DNA from: Candidatus Latescibacterota bacterium
GTDB taxonomy: Bacteria; Latescibacterota; CBDEFO01
Length of the DNA stretch: 64,000 nt
NCBI GenBank assembly: GCA_965237525.1
Contig: CBDEFO010000003.1
Coordinates: forward strand, 320,001 to 384,000
Direction: 5' to 3'
Position numbers and translations under genes: made by a program. The notes under the pieces were generated by a model that was given only the letters and a program-made list of their open reading frames with translations, searched no databases and was not told the DNA's origin. This document shows, piece by piece, positions 1 to 11,227 of this stretch (position 1 is its first letter; each line of letters opens with the position of its first letter).

Positions 1-1356
1 CAGTCTAACGGAGGCATCAGCACTGTGGAAGACTGCCGTGAACGCCCGGTCAATACGCTGCTGTCCGGCCCAGCCGGCGGGGTGGTGGCCGGACGTTTCT
101 TCGGCGAGTTGGCGGGCTTCGAGAGCGTCATCACCCTGGATATGGGCGGCACGAGCTGTGATGTTAGCCTGATCTACAAGGGACGTCCCCTGCATTCGAC
201 AGAAGGCGAGATCGAGTGGGGGGTGCCAGTGAAGGTGCCCACCCTGGATGTCCTGACCATCGGTGCAGGTGGGGGTAGCATTGCCTGGATGGATCGAGGT
301 GGGCTGTTGAAGGTGGGTCCCCAAAGCGCCGGCGCGGATCCCGGCCCGGTGTGCTACGGGGCGGGCGGTACCGAGCCCACGGTGACCGATGCCAACGTAA
401 CGCTTGGGCGTGTTAACCCTGAGTACTTGCTGGGCGGCGCGATGCTGTTAGATGCCGAAGCCGCGCACCGTGTAATCCAGGATAAAGTGGCTAGACCGTT
501 AAACATGGGGCTGGAACAAGCCGCCCAGGGCATCTTGGACATCGCCAACGCCAATATGATCCACCTCTTCCGTCAGATTTCGGTAGAACGCGGCTACGAT
601 CCTCGTGATTTTGCGCTAGTAGCCATTGGCGGTGCAGGACCGGTTCATGCTGGTGTGCTGGCGGAAGAGCTCGGTATGCCATTCATCATTGTGCCTCCTT
701 ATCCCGGCGTCTTATCAGCGATGGGCCTGATACTGGGCGACATCCACTACGATTTGGTACAGTCGTACGTACGCCCGGCCAGCCTCATCGAGGTAGACAT
801 CGTGCGGGATATGTTTGCTCGCATGGAAGGACAGGGCCGGCACTATTTGATCCGCGCGGGATATCAAGGTGAGGTGCGGATTCAGCATGCGGTGGATATG
901 CGGTATGCGCGACAGAACTATGAGATTCAAGTTGCCGTCAAGCCAGACTTTTTCGCGGATGGTGACTTGAGCCATTTGGTCCACGCCTTCGAAGAGGAGT
1001 ACTCGAAGCTCTACGGCTACTACGTCGCCGATGAGCCGTTCGAAATCGTCAGCTTGCGAGTCTCAGTCATTGGGCAACTCCCCAAGCCCACGGCCCAAGC
1101 CCCGCCGGATGGACATCGCACTGTTGCCAAAGCCGTTAAGGCCGAGCGTCCGGTCTACTTCAGAGAGGCAGGTGGAAAGGTAGTCGTCCCGATCCTGGAT
1201 CGCGAACGGTTGCCGGTGGGGGTTGCTCTCCCCGCGCCATGTGTGATCGAAGAGATAGAATCAACTGTTGTGATTCACTCAGGTCAGGAAGCGTCTGTGG
1301 ACCGGTACGGCAACATCCTGATTCGTACGCGGGCCGGCAAGACGCGGGAGGGATAA
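1..1356 (+). CDS. Hydantoinase/oxoprolinase family, A (ATP-binding) subunit, 5'-partial
   Basis: Motifs SGPAGGV, LDMGGTSCDV, IGAGGGSIA, GPQSAGADPGPVCYG, TVTDAN; frame is open from base 1. Confidence 0.93.
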   Translation, partial: QSNGGISTVEDCRERPVNTLLSGPAGGVVAGRFFGELAGFESVITLDMGGTSCDVSLIYKGRPLHSTEGEIEWGVPVKVPTLDVLTIGAGGGSIAWMDRGGLLKVGPQSAGADPGPVCYGAGGTEPTVTDANVTLGRVNPEYLLGGAMLLDAEAAHRVIQDKVARPLNMGLEQAAQGILDIANANMIHLFRQISVERGYDPRDFALVAIGGAGPVHAGVLAEELGMPFIIVPPYPGVLSAMGLILGDIHYDLVQSYVRPASLIEVDIVRDMFARMEGQGRHYLIRAGYQGEVRIQHAVDMRYARQNYEIQVAVKPDFFADGDLSHLVHAFEEEYSKLYGYYVADEPFEIVSLRVSVIGQLPKPTAQAPPDGHRTVAKAVKAERPVYFREAGGKVVVPILDRERLPVGVALPAPCVIEEIESTVVIHSGQEASVDRYGNILIRTRAGKTREG

Positions 1357-1361
1357 CGAAG

Positions 1362-3137
1362 ATGATTCAAGCCACCACCGAGCGATTGGATCCGATCACG
1401 TTAGAAGTCATTAGCAGTAGCTTTGTTGCCATTTGCAACGAGATGGGGACCGCCATGATCAAGACGGCCTACTCCCCGATCTTCAGCGAAGGTCGTGATT
1501 TCTCCATCGCCATGTTCGACCCGAGCTGTGAAATGGTAGCCCAGGGGGTGGGCTGCCCGGCCCAGCTCGGGGCGCTCCAGTTCACCATGGAGTGGTGTGT
1601 CAAGGATATCGGCATTGACAACCTCTATCCGGACGACGTCCTGTTGCACAATGACGTCTATCGTGGTGGCACCCACTTGCCTGAGTTCACCATGATCAAA
1701 CCTATCTTTGTGGACGATGAACTCTGGTCCCTAACCTCCATCATCGCGCATCATGTGGATATCGGTGGGAAATCCCCAGGCGGCTTCCCCGGCGACGCGA
1801 CGGATGTCTTTATGGAAGGCTTCCGCCTGCCGCCTGTCAAACTCTTCAATCGAGGCGAACCCGATCTCAACGTCTGGCGTATCTACCTGTCTAACACACG
1901 CACCCCACGCAATTCGTACGGTGATATGAACGCCATGTATGCCTCGATGCTCCTCGGCGAGAGACGTCTGTTAGAGCTTTTAGACCGGTACGGCTTAGGG
2001 ACAGTGCATGCGGTCATGGAGGCTATCAAAGATTACTCGGAACTCCGCATGCGTGAGGAAATTCGCGCCATTCCCGACGGCCTCTATGAGTACGAGGAAT
2101 ACATGGATGACGATGGTGTGTCTGAAGATGGACCGTACACCATTAAAGTCAGTGTTCTAGTCGATGGAGACACGCTGGTGGCTGACTACAGTGGCTCATC
2201 GCCCCAGGTCAAGGGTCCTATCAACTGTCCCTTCGGCGTCACAGCTTCAGCCACATACAACGCTATCCTGGAGTTGACGGATCCCACGATTACGACAAAT
2301 GGGGGCTGTTTCCGGCCTATCAAAATCATTGCGCCGGCCCGCAGCATCACCAATGTGGAATACCCAGGTGCTCAGTATGGCGGCAATACCGAAACCCACA
2401 ACCGGGTACTGGACGCTGTTATGGGAGCCCTTGCCCAGGCGATCCCTGAACGGGTTACGGGGACCGAAGGGGGCACGTGCGTCAATGTCACATATGGGGG
2501 CATTCATCCTGAGACGGGAGAACAGTATGCCAACTACCAGTGGGAGGGCGTCGGTTGGGGAGCACGTGCGACCAAAGATGGTAATTCCGTCTTCGTGCCT
2601 CCGGTCGGCAACTCCCGTTTACAGGGCGTTGAAGTTAATGAGACCCGCTTCCCCTGGGTGGTAGAGGAATACTCACTGGCCCGGGGTTCCGGTGGGACTG
2701 GGCGCTGGCGAGGTGGTCTGGGGACCGTGCGCATCATGCGCTGTGCCGCCTCGGAGATCGAAGTTAATGGGCTGGCTGACCGCCATCTCATCGCTCCCTG
2801 TGGACGCTTCGGAGGTGGGCCGGGAGGCACCAGTGCCTACCTGGTCCAACGCAAAGGTTCGACAGAATGGAAAACATTCCCTGAGGAGTTTGGCAGCAAG
2901 TCCGAGTCCAAGTTCGCCAATTGCGTGCTGTACGAAGGGGACCGGATCATGATTGTCTCACCGGGTGGGGGTGGCTATGGCAACCCCACAGAGCGAGACC
3001 GAAGCTTGATCCTCGATGACCTGAAGCAACGCTATATCTCCTCCCATACCGCAATCGAGGTATATGGGTTAACGCCAGAAGAGGCAGCAGACGTCTTAAG
3101 GGTCAATTCGAAAAGTGATCATAGGGAGGGTATGTAG
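1362..3137 (+). CDS. Hydantoinase B/oxoprolinase family subunit
   Basis: DPITLEV..., AYSPIFSEGRDFS, GGTHLPE, HHVDIGG, GSGGTGRWRGGLG, PGGGGYG; ATG 1362 after GGAGG. Confidence 0.93.
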   Translation: MIQATTERLDPITLEVISSSFVAICNEMGTAMIKTAYSPIFSEGRDFSIAMFDPSCEMVAQGVGCPAQLGALQFTMEWCVKDIGIDNLYPDDVLLHNDVYRGGTHLPEFTMIKPIFVDDELWSLTSIIAHHVDIGGKSPGGFPGDATDVFMEGFRLPPVKLFNRGEPDLNVWRIYLSNTRTPRNSYGDMNAMYASMLLGERRLLELLDRYGLGTVHAVMEAIKDYSELRMREEIRAIPDGLYEYEEYMDDDGVSEDGPYTIKVSVLVDGDTLVADYSGSSPQVKGPINCPFGVTASATYNAILELTDPTITTNGGCFRPIKIIAPARSITNVEYPGAQYGGNTETHNRVLDAVMGALAQAIPERVTGTEGGTCVNVTYGGIHPETGEQYANYQWEGVGWGARATKDGNSVFVPPVGNSRLQGVEVNETRFPWVVEEYSLARGSGGTGRWRGGLGTVRIMRCAASEIEVNGLADRHLIAPCGRFGGGPGGTSAYLVQRKGSTEWKTFPEEFGSKSESKFANCVLYEGDRIMIVSPGGGGYGNPTERDRSLILDDLKQRYISSHTAIEVYGLTPEEAADVLRVNSKSDHREGM

Positions 3138-3341
3138 TTGAAGGTCTATACCGCTATGGAAGAGTACGGCAACCTGGTCTACGAATATCGTCGCTGTTGG
3201 TTTTGTGGCAAGATGATCGTAGACCAACCCACGTTGGTGTTGGTAGACGGGACCGAGCGGGAATTCTGTGACACCAGTTGCTCTGAGTTCTACACCTGGT
3301 ATCAAGAAAAGCGCGCTAAGTATGGTGCTGCCAAAATCTAA
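3138..3341 (+). CDS. Small TRASH/YHS-like metal-binding protein
   Basis: CxxCGK-x14-EFCxxxC motif; starts immediately after the upstream stop codon, behind GGAGGG. Confidence 0.7.
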   Translation: MKVYTAMEEYGNLVYEYRRCWFCGKMIVDQPTLVLVDGTEREFCDTSCSEFYTWYQEKRAKYGAAKI

Positions 3342-3408
3342 CGTGAAATGTGGAACGTGAAACGTGATGCGAGTACATCAAAGGGATCTTCACGCATCAC
3401 GTTTCACG
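3341..3408. repeat. Heptamer (ACGTGAA/TTCACG) short-repeat element forming a 16-bp inverted repeat
   Basis: cgtgaaacgtgatgcg (3356-3371) pairs with cgcatcacgtttcacg (3393-3408); 19/20 copy at 45181-45200. Confidence 0.75.
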
Positions 3409-3425
3409 AAGACAGGAGTCTTCCC

Positions 3426-4184
3426 ATGCGATTAGAGGGGAAAACGGCACTCATCACCGGGGCCGGCCGTGGTATGGGCCGCAGCGCGGCTTTGCTCTTT
3501 GCACAGGAAGGTACTCGCGTGGTGGTCTGTGACTGCGAGCCAGACTGGGCCGAGGAGACAGTTGCCATGATTCGGGCTGAGGGAGGTGAAGCTGTGGCGG
3601 CTGTCGCCGATGTGTCCAAAGCGGCCGAGGTACAGGCGGCTGTGTCTTTGGCGGTGCAGGCGTTTGGCGGGTTGAACATCCTCTACAACAATGCCGGCGT
3701 GTGGCTGGAACAAGACGGGCCGGCGCCGGATCTCCCGGAGGATGTTTGGGATCGGATCATCAGCATCAACTTGAAAGGCACCTTCCTGGGCTGCAAGTAT
3801 GCTATTCCCCACATGGTTGAAGCCGGCGGAGGCTCCATCATCAATGTCACGTCCATCGCAGCATTACGCGCGGGCAAAGATATTTACGATGCATATGCCA
3901 CCAGCAAAGGCGGCATTATCTCGTTGACCTACACGATGGCCGGCACGTGGGGCCCCAAGAGAATTCGCGTCAACGCCATCTGTCCCGGCGCCATCGACAC
4001 GCCGATGACGGCCAGCTCGTACGAGGACGCGTGGGTGCGTGACTTCTGGCAGACTCGCACAGCATTGGGGCGCGTGGGACAGCCCCAGGAGGTAGCCCAG
4101 ACTGCGCTGTGGCTGGCCTCTGACGAGTCATCGTACGTGACGGGAGCGGTGATTCTCGTGGATGGCGGATATATGACCAAATAG
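3426..4184 (+). CDS. SDR family oxidoreductase
   Basis: TGAGRGMG, NNAG, YATSK (YxxxK), VDGG; ATG 3426 after AGGAG. Confidence 0.95.
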   Translation: MRLEGKTALITGAGRGMGRSAALLFAQEGTRVVVCDCEPDWAEETVAMIRAEGGEAVAAVADVSKAAEVQAAVSLAVQAFGGLNILYNNAGVWLEQDGPAPDLPEDVWDRIISINLKGTFLGCKYAIPHMVEAGGGSIINVTSIAALRAGKDIYDAYATSKGGIISLTYTMAGTWGPKRIRVNAICPGAIDTPMTASSYEDAWVRDFWQTRTALGRVGQPQEVAQTALWLASDESSYVTGAVILVDGGYMTK

Positions 4185-4208
4185 AATAAGCTGTGGAGGT
4201 CACAACCG

Positions 4209-4973
4209 ATGCGTCTGAAGGACAAGGTTGCTATCGTAACCGGCGGCGGCGTAGGTATTGGCAAGGGCATTGCTGAGCGTTTGGCAGAGGAAGGTGGCAA
4301 GGTCGTCATTGCACAGCGGCGCGAGGACAAAGCCCGAGAAACTGCAGACGAGATCGTTGCCAAAGGTGGACAAGCTTTGGGTTTGCAGACCGACGTGACA
4401 CAGCGGGAGCGGGTGCAGGAGCTCGTTGAAACCACCATTGCATGGGGCGGTGGGCTGGACATCCTGGTCAACAATGCCGGCGTCTCGGGGATGGCCAAGT
4501 TCAGTTCTTTCATGGAGATGAGCGAGGAGCTGTGGGACAGGGTGATGTCCGTCAATCTGAAGGGAGTCTTCCTCTGCTCCCAGGCAGCCGCTCGTCATAT
4601 GATCGAGCAGGGAAGCGGCAAGATCATTAACATCTCGTCCGTGGATGGGCTAATTGGTGAGGAATTTGCTGCCGCTTATTGTGCTTCCAAGGCCGGGGTG
4701 ATCGGCTTGACAAAAGTCATGGCGCTGGAACTGGCACGCCATGGGATCAACGTCAATTGTATCTCTCCTGGCTTCATTTGGACCGAAACGGTGCAGCCCA
4801 TCATCGATTTGATGAAGAGCCCCGAGTCCCCTTATACTTATGTGCGTCAGACCCCATTCGGTCCCGGCCAGCCCCGCGACGTGGGTGATGCCGTTGTGTT
4901 TCTGGCCTCGGATGAGAGTCAGTTCTTTACTGGCTCAACCATTGTGCTGGACGGTGGTTATCTTACTTACTAA
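4209..4973 (+). CDS. SDR family oxidoreductase
   Basis: TGGGVGIG, NNAG, YCASK, LDGG. Confidence 0.95.
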   Translation: MRLKDKVAIVTGGGVGIGKGIAERLAEEGGKVVIAQRREDKARETADEIVAKGGQALGLQTDVTQRERVQELVETTIAWGGGLDILVNNAGVSGMAKFSSFMEMSEELWDRVMSVNLKGVFLCSQAAARHMIEQGSGKIINISSVDGLIGEEFAAAYCASKAGVIGLTKVMALELARHGINVNCISPGFIWTETVQPIIDLMKSPESPYTYVRQTPFGPGQPRDVGDAVVFLASDESQFFTGSTIVLDGGYLTY

Positions 4974-5105
4974 GGGATGTGGAAGAAATAAAATGTTCCA
5001 TTTCGTTCGGCCTGGATTGCCAAATCCAGCGGGAACCAGATGGGATGATCATTATCTTTCCGAACTTGGTCCAGTTCAAACATTCGTGTCACCAAGGGCA
5101 AAGTA

Positions 5106-5708
5106 GGGGTGCCGACGACATTCGTGTAAAAAGATACTCTAAGGATCGAAGTTAGCGGATCAGATTTCGGTTGATGATGTATTGTCCGTAGAGGATGATG
5201 TTGTTCCACTCGATGGGACTGATGTGCCCCAGGAAAGAGATATCCTCTTTTCCGGGTTACAGGAGCTTATGACTCTGGAGATCTCTTTGGCTTGCCAGTA
5301 GATAATGCAAGCGAGGATGAGGGTGGGACAGCTGCAGGTGTTGATCTGTTCGTGCAGTTCGCGGGCGTTGATCCGTCCTCTTCTACCGTAGTAGACGTCT
5401 CGGGCCAAGGCGTGGAGTTGCTCGACTTTGAGGAGACCTCGTCGGATACGCGCTCGCAGGTGAGGCTCGGACATATAGTTGAGGATGAACTCCGTTTTGA
5501 AGATGCGTCGGAGATCACGATTGGCTCGATAGAATCGGTTTTTGGTACTGTAAGCCGCCAATCGTTTCAGGGCAACCGAGGCGGTAGTATGTCCTCTTTC
5601 CAAACGATGAGGCGGGTGTCGATAGTGCTGATCCGCTCGGTTCACGAGATGCGTCAACACCCCGTAATCTCGATGTGGATCGATCCGGTAGATCCGCTCT
5701 AATAGCAA
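5106..5708 (-). mobile_element. Tn3-family transposon remnant: 38-bp terminal inverted repeat plus C-terminal transposase fragment
   Basis: 38-bp GGGG...CTAAG end at 5106-5143; protein has Tn3 C-terminal motifs (KTEFILNY, RRGLLKVEQLHALAR, CIIYW) with a frameshift near the 3' end. Confidence 0.85.
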
Positions 5709-5710
5709 CC

Positions 5711-6660
5711 ATGAATGACGAAATCCCGGCTGGATTCACATTGCGGCATAAACTCCCGCTTCAAGGGCAGGAAGGACACAAAGACGCAATCACCCAGATT
5801 GCTTGGTCACCAGACCCACACAGACAGAGGCGCGCTTCAGGCTCCTACGATAGGACCATCCGGATCTGGAATGCTGGGATGGAACAGCAGCCGAAAGTCC
5901 TACAAGGCCACACACAATGGGTCACTTGCGTCTCTTTTTCCTCAGACAGTCGCTTCCTTGTCTCCAAGTCCTCCGATAACACAGTTCGGCTCTGGCGCTG
6001 TGATATCTGGGAGACAGTAGAAGTCCTCGATGAGGCAACTTTATTTTACTGGTTTCGCAGTCTTGCCTTCCATCCTCATCCGAAGGCCCTGCTGTCCTTG
6101 CTACGCTCGGTGTGGAGAACGGGGAGGAGGACAGGATTATCCGTATCTGGGATCTGGACATCGCTGGCCGGCTGGGTATAGACCACGCTCCTGACACTCA
6201 GGAGGAAGAAGTCACCGAACTGTTCAAAGAGCAGAAAAGAGGACTATAAGAGATTTGATTATAAATGTTATGACAAGGTCCATATCCCTGGTACTATCCC
6301 GATGTATCGAAGCGACCTCATAGTGGTTAATGGAAATGAGGTACAGATCGGAGATTTGCTTTTTGTCCTATTCTTGCGGCGTGTGGTGGAGTTAAAGAAG
6401 AAAGAAGGCGGGTGCGTCAATATATACACGCTGGAGTCAGAAGGGGTAATTACTGATGCCTTGAACTATCAGATTTACAGCGATCTCAGGACTCCATTGA
6501 AGGGGAGCTTATTGGACAAGAACGGTAAGAAAGTTATCCAGAACGACGGTTCAAAGAACTAGCGCATTTCTACCCATCCCGACTTTATCACCTATAACAA
6601 GGAAAAACTTCTTGGTCACCCTGATTAAGGGGTCAGGAAAAACGCTGAGAAACTACCTTG
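5711..6660 (+). pseudogene. WD40-repeat protein remnant with a probable DNA-binding C-terminal part
   Basis: GH...AWSPD...SGSYDRTIRIW and GHTQWVTCVSFSSD...DNTVRLW repeats; frameshifts and in-frame stops (e.g. TAG 6560). Confidence 0.7.
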
Positions 6661-6907
6661 CCCGAATAATTCACAAAAAAAGGCCGTGTATTAATTAAGG
6701 GATTGTATTATATTATGTTATGCCGTTTAACTACCTTCGGTGTCATTGCGATCCGAAGGCGAAGCAATCTCGATTCGGTGGTAGATGTAATACTCTCCGC
6801 TCTCATAGGAGACCACTATAAAACCTTGAGGTTGCTTCCCCGATAGACTCAATCGGGGACCGCTTTGCTCCTCGCAATGACTCCACCAAGTTTATGAATT
6901 AATCGGG
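6661..6907. mobile_element. ~240-bp non-autonomous element (MITE-like), copy 1
   Basis: Ends CCCGAATAATTCA...TGAATTAATCGGG; inverted near-copy at 31402-31633; internal GTCATTGCG...GAAGCAATCTC palindromes; no ORF. Confidence 0.8.
6838..6858 (+). repeat. 21-bp hairpin repeat, copy 1
   Basis: ccccgatagactcaatcgggg; absent from the MITE copy at 31402-31633. Confidence 0.85.
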
Positions 6908-6923
6908 GGAAAGCATGTAAACG

Positions 6924-7922
6924 TCATTTTATCTCAACCTTCTTTCCGCTCAGAGCAGACTCCACAAGAGCGTCCAGCACTTTCATTTCAAGGTAACCGT
7001 CCTCTCCGCCTGGGTCAGGCTCCTTATCGGACTGAATACACCCTGTAAAATAGTCGATTTCGTTTTTGAACGGATCGCTCTCCTCGAAGCTCTCTTCCCT
7101 GACAGTGTCATCTGTTATGACGTCTATCTTATTCGGTTCGCTACGGCGCCACGGACCGGTGGGAGAACATATCATCCCCTTTTCAGCTACTATCTCGTAT
7201 CGGTTCTGCCTGCTCATTCCGAAGCTGGAGACGAAGGCAGCTATCTCACCTTCATCGAAGTGGAGTATGCCGCAAAATGTCTCATCTACGTCTGCTTTGA
7301 GCGTAGGAGTAACCGATAGGCCCACCACTTCGACCGGTTCCTTCCCCATAAAACGTCGAAAGGTGTTGACACAATAGACCCCGGCGTCCATAAGCGATCC
7401 CCCTCCCATCTTTCTTTGCAGGCGGAAGTCGTCGTGTCTTGGAAGATTAGAGGTAAAGGTAGCGTTCATATATTTTATCTTTCCTATCTCTCCCAAACGT
7501 ACTATCTGAAGCGCCCGCTGATTCATGGGGTCCAACTGCCACATAAAGCCGCTCATAAGTTTGACACTATTTTTTCGGCAGGCTTCCTTCATTTCGAGGG
7601 CTTCCTTTTGGTTCATAGCAAACGGCTTTTCGCAAAGGACGTGTATTCCCCTTTGTACAGCCTTGAGGGTGTATTCTTTGTGCATATTGTTGGGCAATGG
7701 AATATAGAGGGCATCTATGACACCAGAGTCCAAAAGCTCCTCGTAGCTTCCGTAGAACCTCTCCGCCCCGAATTTCTCGCCCTCAGCTTCGGCCTTGGAT
7801 CTGTCACGGCTGGCGATGGCGGCTAGGCTACCTGTTTCGGACCTTGTTAATGCCGGAAGAAAAGAATTCAGAGCGATGCGGGCGCATCCCAACACACCCC
7901 ACCTGATTTTATCTTTCGCCAT
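6924..7922 (-). CDS. Gfo/Idh/MocA family oxidoreductase
   Basis: WGVLGCARIA, HVLCEKP, GGGSLMDAGVY; ATG 7922 after GGAGG. Confidence 0.93.
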   Translation of the reverse strand: MAKDKIRWGVLGCARIALNSFLPALTRSETGSLAAIASRDRSKAEAEGEKFGAERFYGSYEELLDSGVIDALYIPLPNNMHKEYTLKAVQRGIHVLCEKPFAMNQKEALEMKEACRKNSVKLMSGFMWQLDPMNQRALQIVRLGEIGKIKYMNATFTSNLPRHDDFRLQRKMGGGSLMDAGVYCVNTFRRFMGKEPVEVVGLSVTPTLKADVDETFCGILHFDEGEIAAFVSSFGMSRQNRYEIVAEKGMICSPTGPWRRSEPNKIDVITDDTVREESFEESDPFKNEIDYFTGCIQSDKEPDPGGEDGYLEMKVLDALVESALSGKKVEIK

Positions 7923-7996
7923 ATCGAGTCCTCCTGTTCGAAATTCCACAATGAGCAGCAATAGTTAGGAGAAGCTTTATCCGAGATTCCCCATAA

Positions 7997-8080
7997 CACA
8001 TTTTATGAGGGATTATATTTCGATACAATCTTGTTTGAGAATGAATATTACCACTTTTACATTTTTAAGCAAGTACTTTT
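7997..8080 (-). promoter_or_regulatory. Duplicated promoter-like cassette, copy 1 (copy 2 at 29993-30076)
   Basis: Minus strand TTGCTT-16nt-TAATAT followed by a GATTGTAT-CGAA-ATATAATC hairpin; ~85-bp near-identical direct repeat. Confidence 0.55.
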
Positions 8081-8573
8081 TTCAATCAAAATAGCATTTT
8101 CCTCTGAATCATCACTTTCTTTGTGTTTAAATCCTCCAATTAGAGACACCTCTCCATCTACTCACAAAAAATAGTCTTATTTATTGTCATATCAAATGTT
8201 CTGGCAACTTCAACAACCATTCTTCGGGTCTAATATGGGCGATGGGGAGAATAACTGACTGGATTTCTTCTGCGACAAGGAGAAATTCTTCGGACACGAA
8301 AAACTACACATTATGAAGTGCCAGAGAGTCTGACGTAATGAAAGGAAAAGCGTTAGGCGGGGATTTGTACTGGGATAGTCTCAGGAAGAAGACAGATTGT
8401 GGTGTGACCTTTGGCTACTCGTTTCATTTCTAATTTCGACTCATCCCACAAAAGTACGCTTTGGGATACCTGGCGGGACGTGGCAAATTAAATTCCGAAA
8501 GCGAGGAAGGTGGTCTTGCTGAGATAAGCTCCTCATTCTAATTTCACAAGTGCTCACAGAGTACCGAACACAT

Positions 8574-8599
8574 AGCCCGTCAGGAATGGCGGGCTTTTT
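8574..8599 (+). terminator. Intrinsic terminator
   Basis: AGCCCGTCA-GGAA-TGGCGGGCT followed by a T run. Confidence 0.7.
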
Positions 8600-8616
8600 C
8601 TATGGTAATTTCTTTA

Positions 8617-8776
8617 TTGACATTTATCGATATATCGAGTATCTTGATCAATCAAGTCCCTGTGCGATGAAAGTGCGTCGTTTACAAGGAGGAATTGTAT
8701 ATGAGATAGCGCCTTGGAGTATCCTTGATCCCCGATAGATTCAAGCGGGGAGGGATATCTCAGGCGTTTTTCTGTT
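8617..8776 (+). promoter_or_regulatory. Promoter + micro-ORF + terminator leader, copy 1
   Basis: TTGACA-17-TATCTT; AGGAGG; ATG AGA TAG (8701-8709); CGCCT...AGGCG-TTTTT stem; homologous to 33118-33286. Confidence 0.6.
8730..8750 (+). repeat. 21-bp hairpin repeat, copy 2
   Basis: ccccgatagattcaagcgggg in the terminator loop. Confidence 0.85.
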
Positions 8777-8858
8777 TGTACAGGACCTTGGAAAGAGTAA
8801 ACTGTTCAAAACACTGAACTCCGAAGGACTCTGTTCTTTCTTTAAAGGAGGTCGAGCT

Positions 8859-11192
8859 ATGTATAGCTTCTCAAGAATCGTCCTGCCGCTCACAGCTATT
8901 CTGATTGCGCTTTCAACTGCTTTCCCTTGTTCTGCTCAACAGCCGGTCATCAGTGCCCGTCCCTTGGGCATGGGAGAGGCCTTCCTGGCGATAGCTGACG
9001 ATGGCAACGCCCTGTTCTGGAATCCCGCAGGATTGCCCTCTTTGGGGCACCATGAGATTGTCAGCGGCTACACCGATCTGTTCGGAATCGGTATAAAAAA
9101 CAACATAATAGGATACGTCTTCCCTATGGCGAACAACTATGCCCTTGGGTTTGACTGGGCACATTTAAGCTTTGAGGATCCTGAACTGGGTTTTAAGGAG
9201 GACAACTTCAAGTTATCCTACGGGCATAGAGTCTGGAAGGAACTTTCCTTTGGATCTGCTTTAAGATATATCACCACAGATGTGATCCTGGACTCAAACT
9301 CGTTGGGGAAAGGTTCGGGGTGGGGGTTGGATATGAGTTTTCTGTATGTCCCTGTCAAGTGGCTGAGATTGGGGATGGTGGTCCGGGATGTGACAGATAC
9401 GGAAGTGCAGTATGACGACGGAGGATCGAGGGTAATTGATCCAAGATCGTTCCAGTTCGGGACGGCTTATCGGCCTATGGAGGATCTGACTGTGGCTCTG
9501 GATGTGGATGATCAACTCCATTTCGGCGGGGAGTATTGGCTCAGCGATAATATGTTGGGACTGAGAGGCGGCCTGCAGAAGGATCTGGATACCTCGGAGC
9601 CGATGACGTATTCTGGCGGAGCGAGCGTCCGCTATAAGCTGTTCCAGTTCGACTACGCCTATGTCATACCGCCGACGTTGCCCTCCAGCCATCGCTTCTC
9701 CCTGTCCCTCTCCTTCAACTTGTATCCTTCGATGGTGCGGATCACAGAGACAAAGATCAATAACCTGTTCCCGGCGTTCCACTAGCGCTATGGTGTGCAT
9801 CCATTGGGGAATGTGAAATTGGTCAACAGGGACGATAAACCCTATCAGACTATGGTGAGCTTCTATATCCCCAAGCTGATGGATGCCCCTACCGAACAGC
9901 AGGTTATTATCCGGCCGAAGGAGACGAAGGAGGTTGGGGTTAAAGGGGTCTTTTCCAGTTCCATCACCAATTTGACCGAGGATATACTGACGCAGGCGGA
10001 AGTCAGGGTCTCCTATACGACAGAGCGCAGGACGAGGTCGGACAGGGAGTCGGCCAGTTTCTATGTCTACAGTCGCAATGCGACTACCTGGGACGATGTG
10101 GGGAAGGCGGCGGCCTTTATCACATCCAATGACCCAATCATAGGCGAATTTGCCCGGCCGACGTTGGTGGCGCATGAGGAGGAGATCAAGGGCCTGGGGC
10201 GTGGCAGTCGGAATTTGATAAGGGCAATGGTGCTGTTCGATGTGGTGCACCAATATGGGGTGCGCTACATCGCCGATTCCAACAATCCCTACTCCCGAAT
10301 ATCTGCGGACAAATCTGCGGTGGACAACATTCAGTATCCTGTCGAGGTGCTGAGGAAGAAATCTGGAGACTGCGACGATCTCACAGCGCTCTACTGCGCT
10401 CTTTTAGAGAATGTGGGTATTCCCACAGCGTTGGTGGATGCCCCCGGACACATCTATATGATGTTCGACAGCGGTGTTCCCATCCAGAAGGCCTACAGCC
10501 TTCCGATAGGCGAGAAGCTCTATGTGGTTCGGGACGGCAGGATTTGGATTCCTGTGGAGATCACTTTGTTCGGGAAGTCTTTCACCGAGGCCTGGCGGTC
10601 CGGGGCGGGGGAGTCTGCGAGTCTTTTAGAGGAGGACATGCTCAGGGTCGTGGACACCTCGGATGTGTGGCAGGAGTATGAGCCTTCCCCTCCTAAATTT
10701 GAGGGGGAGATTGCCTTTCCAACCAAGGAGGATATAAAGGGAACTTTCTCCACGGATCGGTCAGGTTTCAAGGAGATGATGGACGCCTTTATAGAGCGCA
10801 CCCACCTTGGGCCTCTGGGTGAGAATCCAGAAGATTTTGATCTGCGGTTCAAGCTTGCCCGGGTCTACACAGCGATCCGTGAGTACGACCGTTCTATTTC
10901 CCAATATCAACATCTTTTAGAGACAGATGCGGATCCTGCTCAGGTATATAACAATATGGGGATAGCCTACCTTTTGAAAGGGGAAGTAAAGAAGGCAGCT
11001 CAAGACTTCAAGCGGGCTGTGGACTTGGATCCGACTGATGAGGGGATCAAGGGCAACTTTGAGTTGGCAATGTCCTTTTTGGAGGGAGAAGAGCGGATAG
11101 CGTTTGCAAGAGAGATCGGAGTAGCCGTGCCTGAGGGGGTGAAGGCCGCCGAGTTTGAGGTGGATGAGGAAAGCTTCTACTGGAGGGAATAG
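8859..11192 (+). pseudogene. PorV/PorQ-like outer-membrane barrel fused to transglutaminase-like and TPR domains; interrupted by in-frame TAG at 9783
   Basis: Signal peptide; ARPLGMGEAFLAIADDGNALFWNPAGL and FDYAY...HRFSL barrel motifs; GDCDD, PGHIY and WIPVE; TPR YNNMGIAY; ORFs 8859-9785 and 9795-11192 share one frame. Confidence 0.75.
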
Positions 11193-11227
11193 GGATCGCT
11201 GATCTACCCCGACGAAAGGAGCAAGAG

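Noticed and set aside
8400..8573. Possible riboswitch upstream of the 8574 terminator
   Set aside because: No recognisable aptamer consensus by eye; a covariance search would be needed
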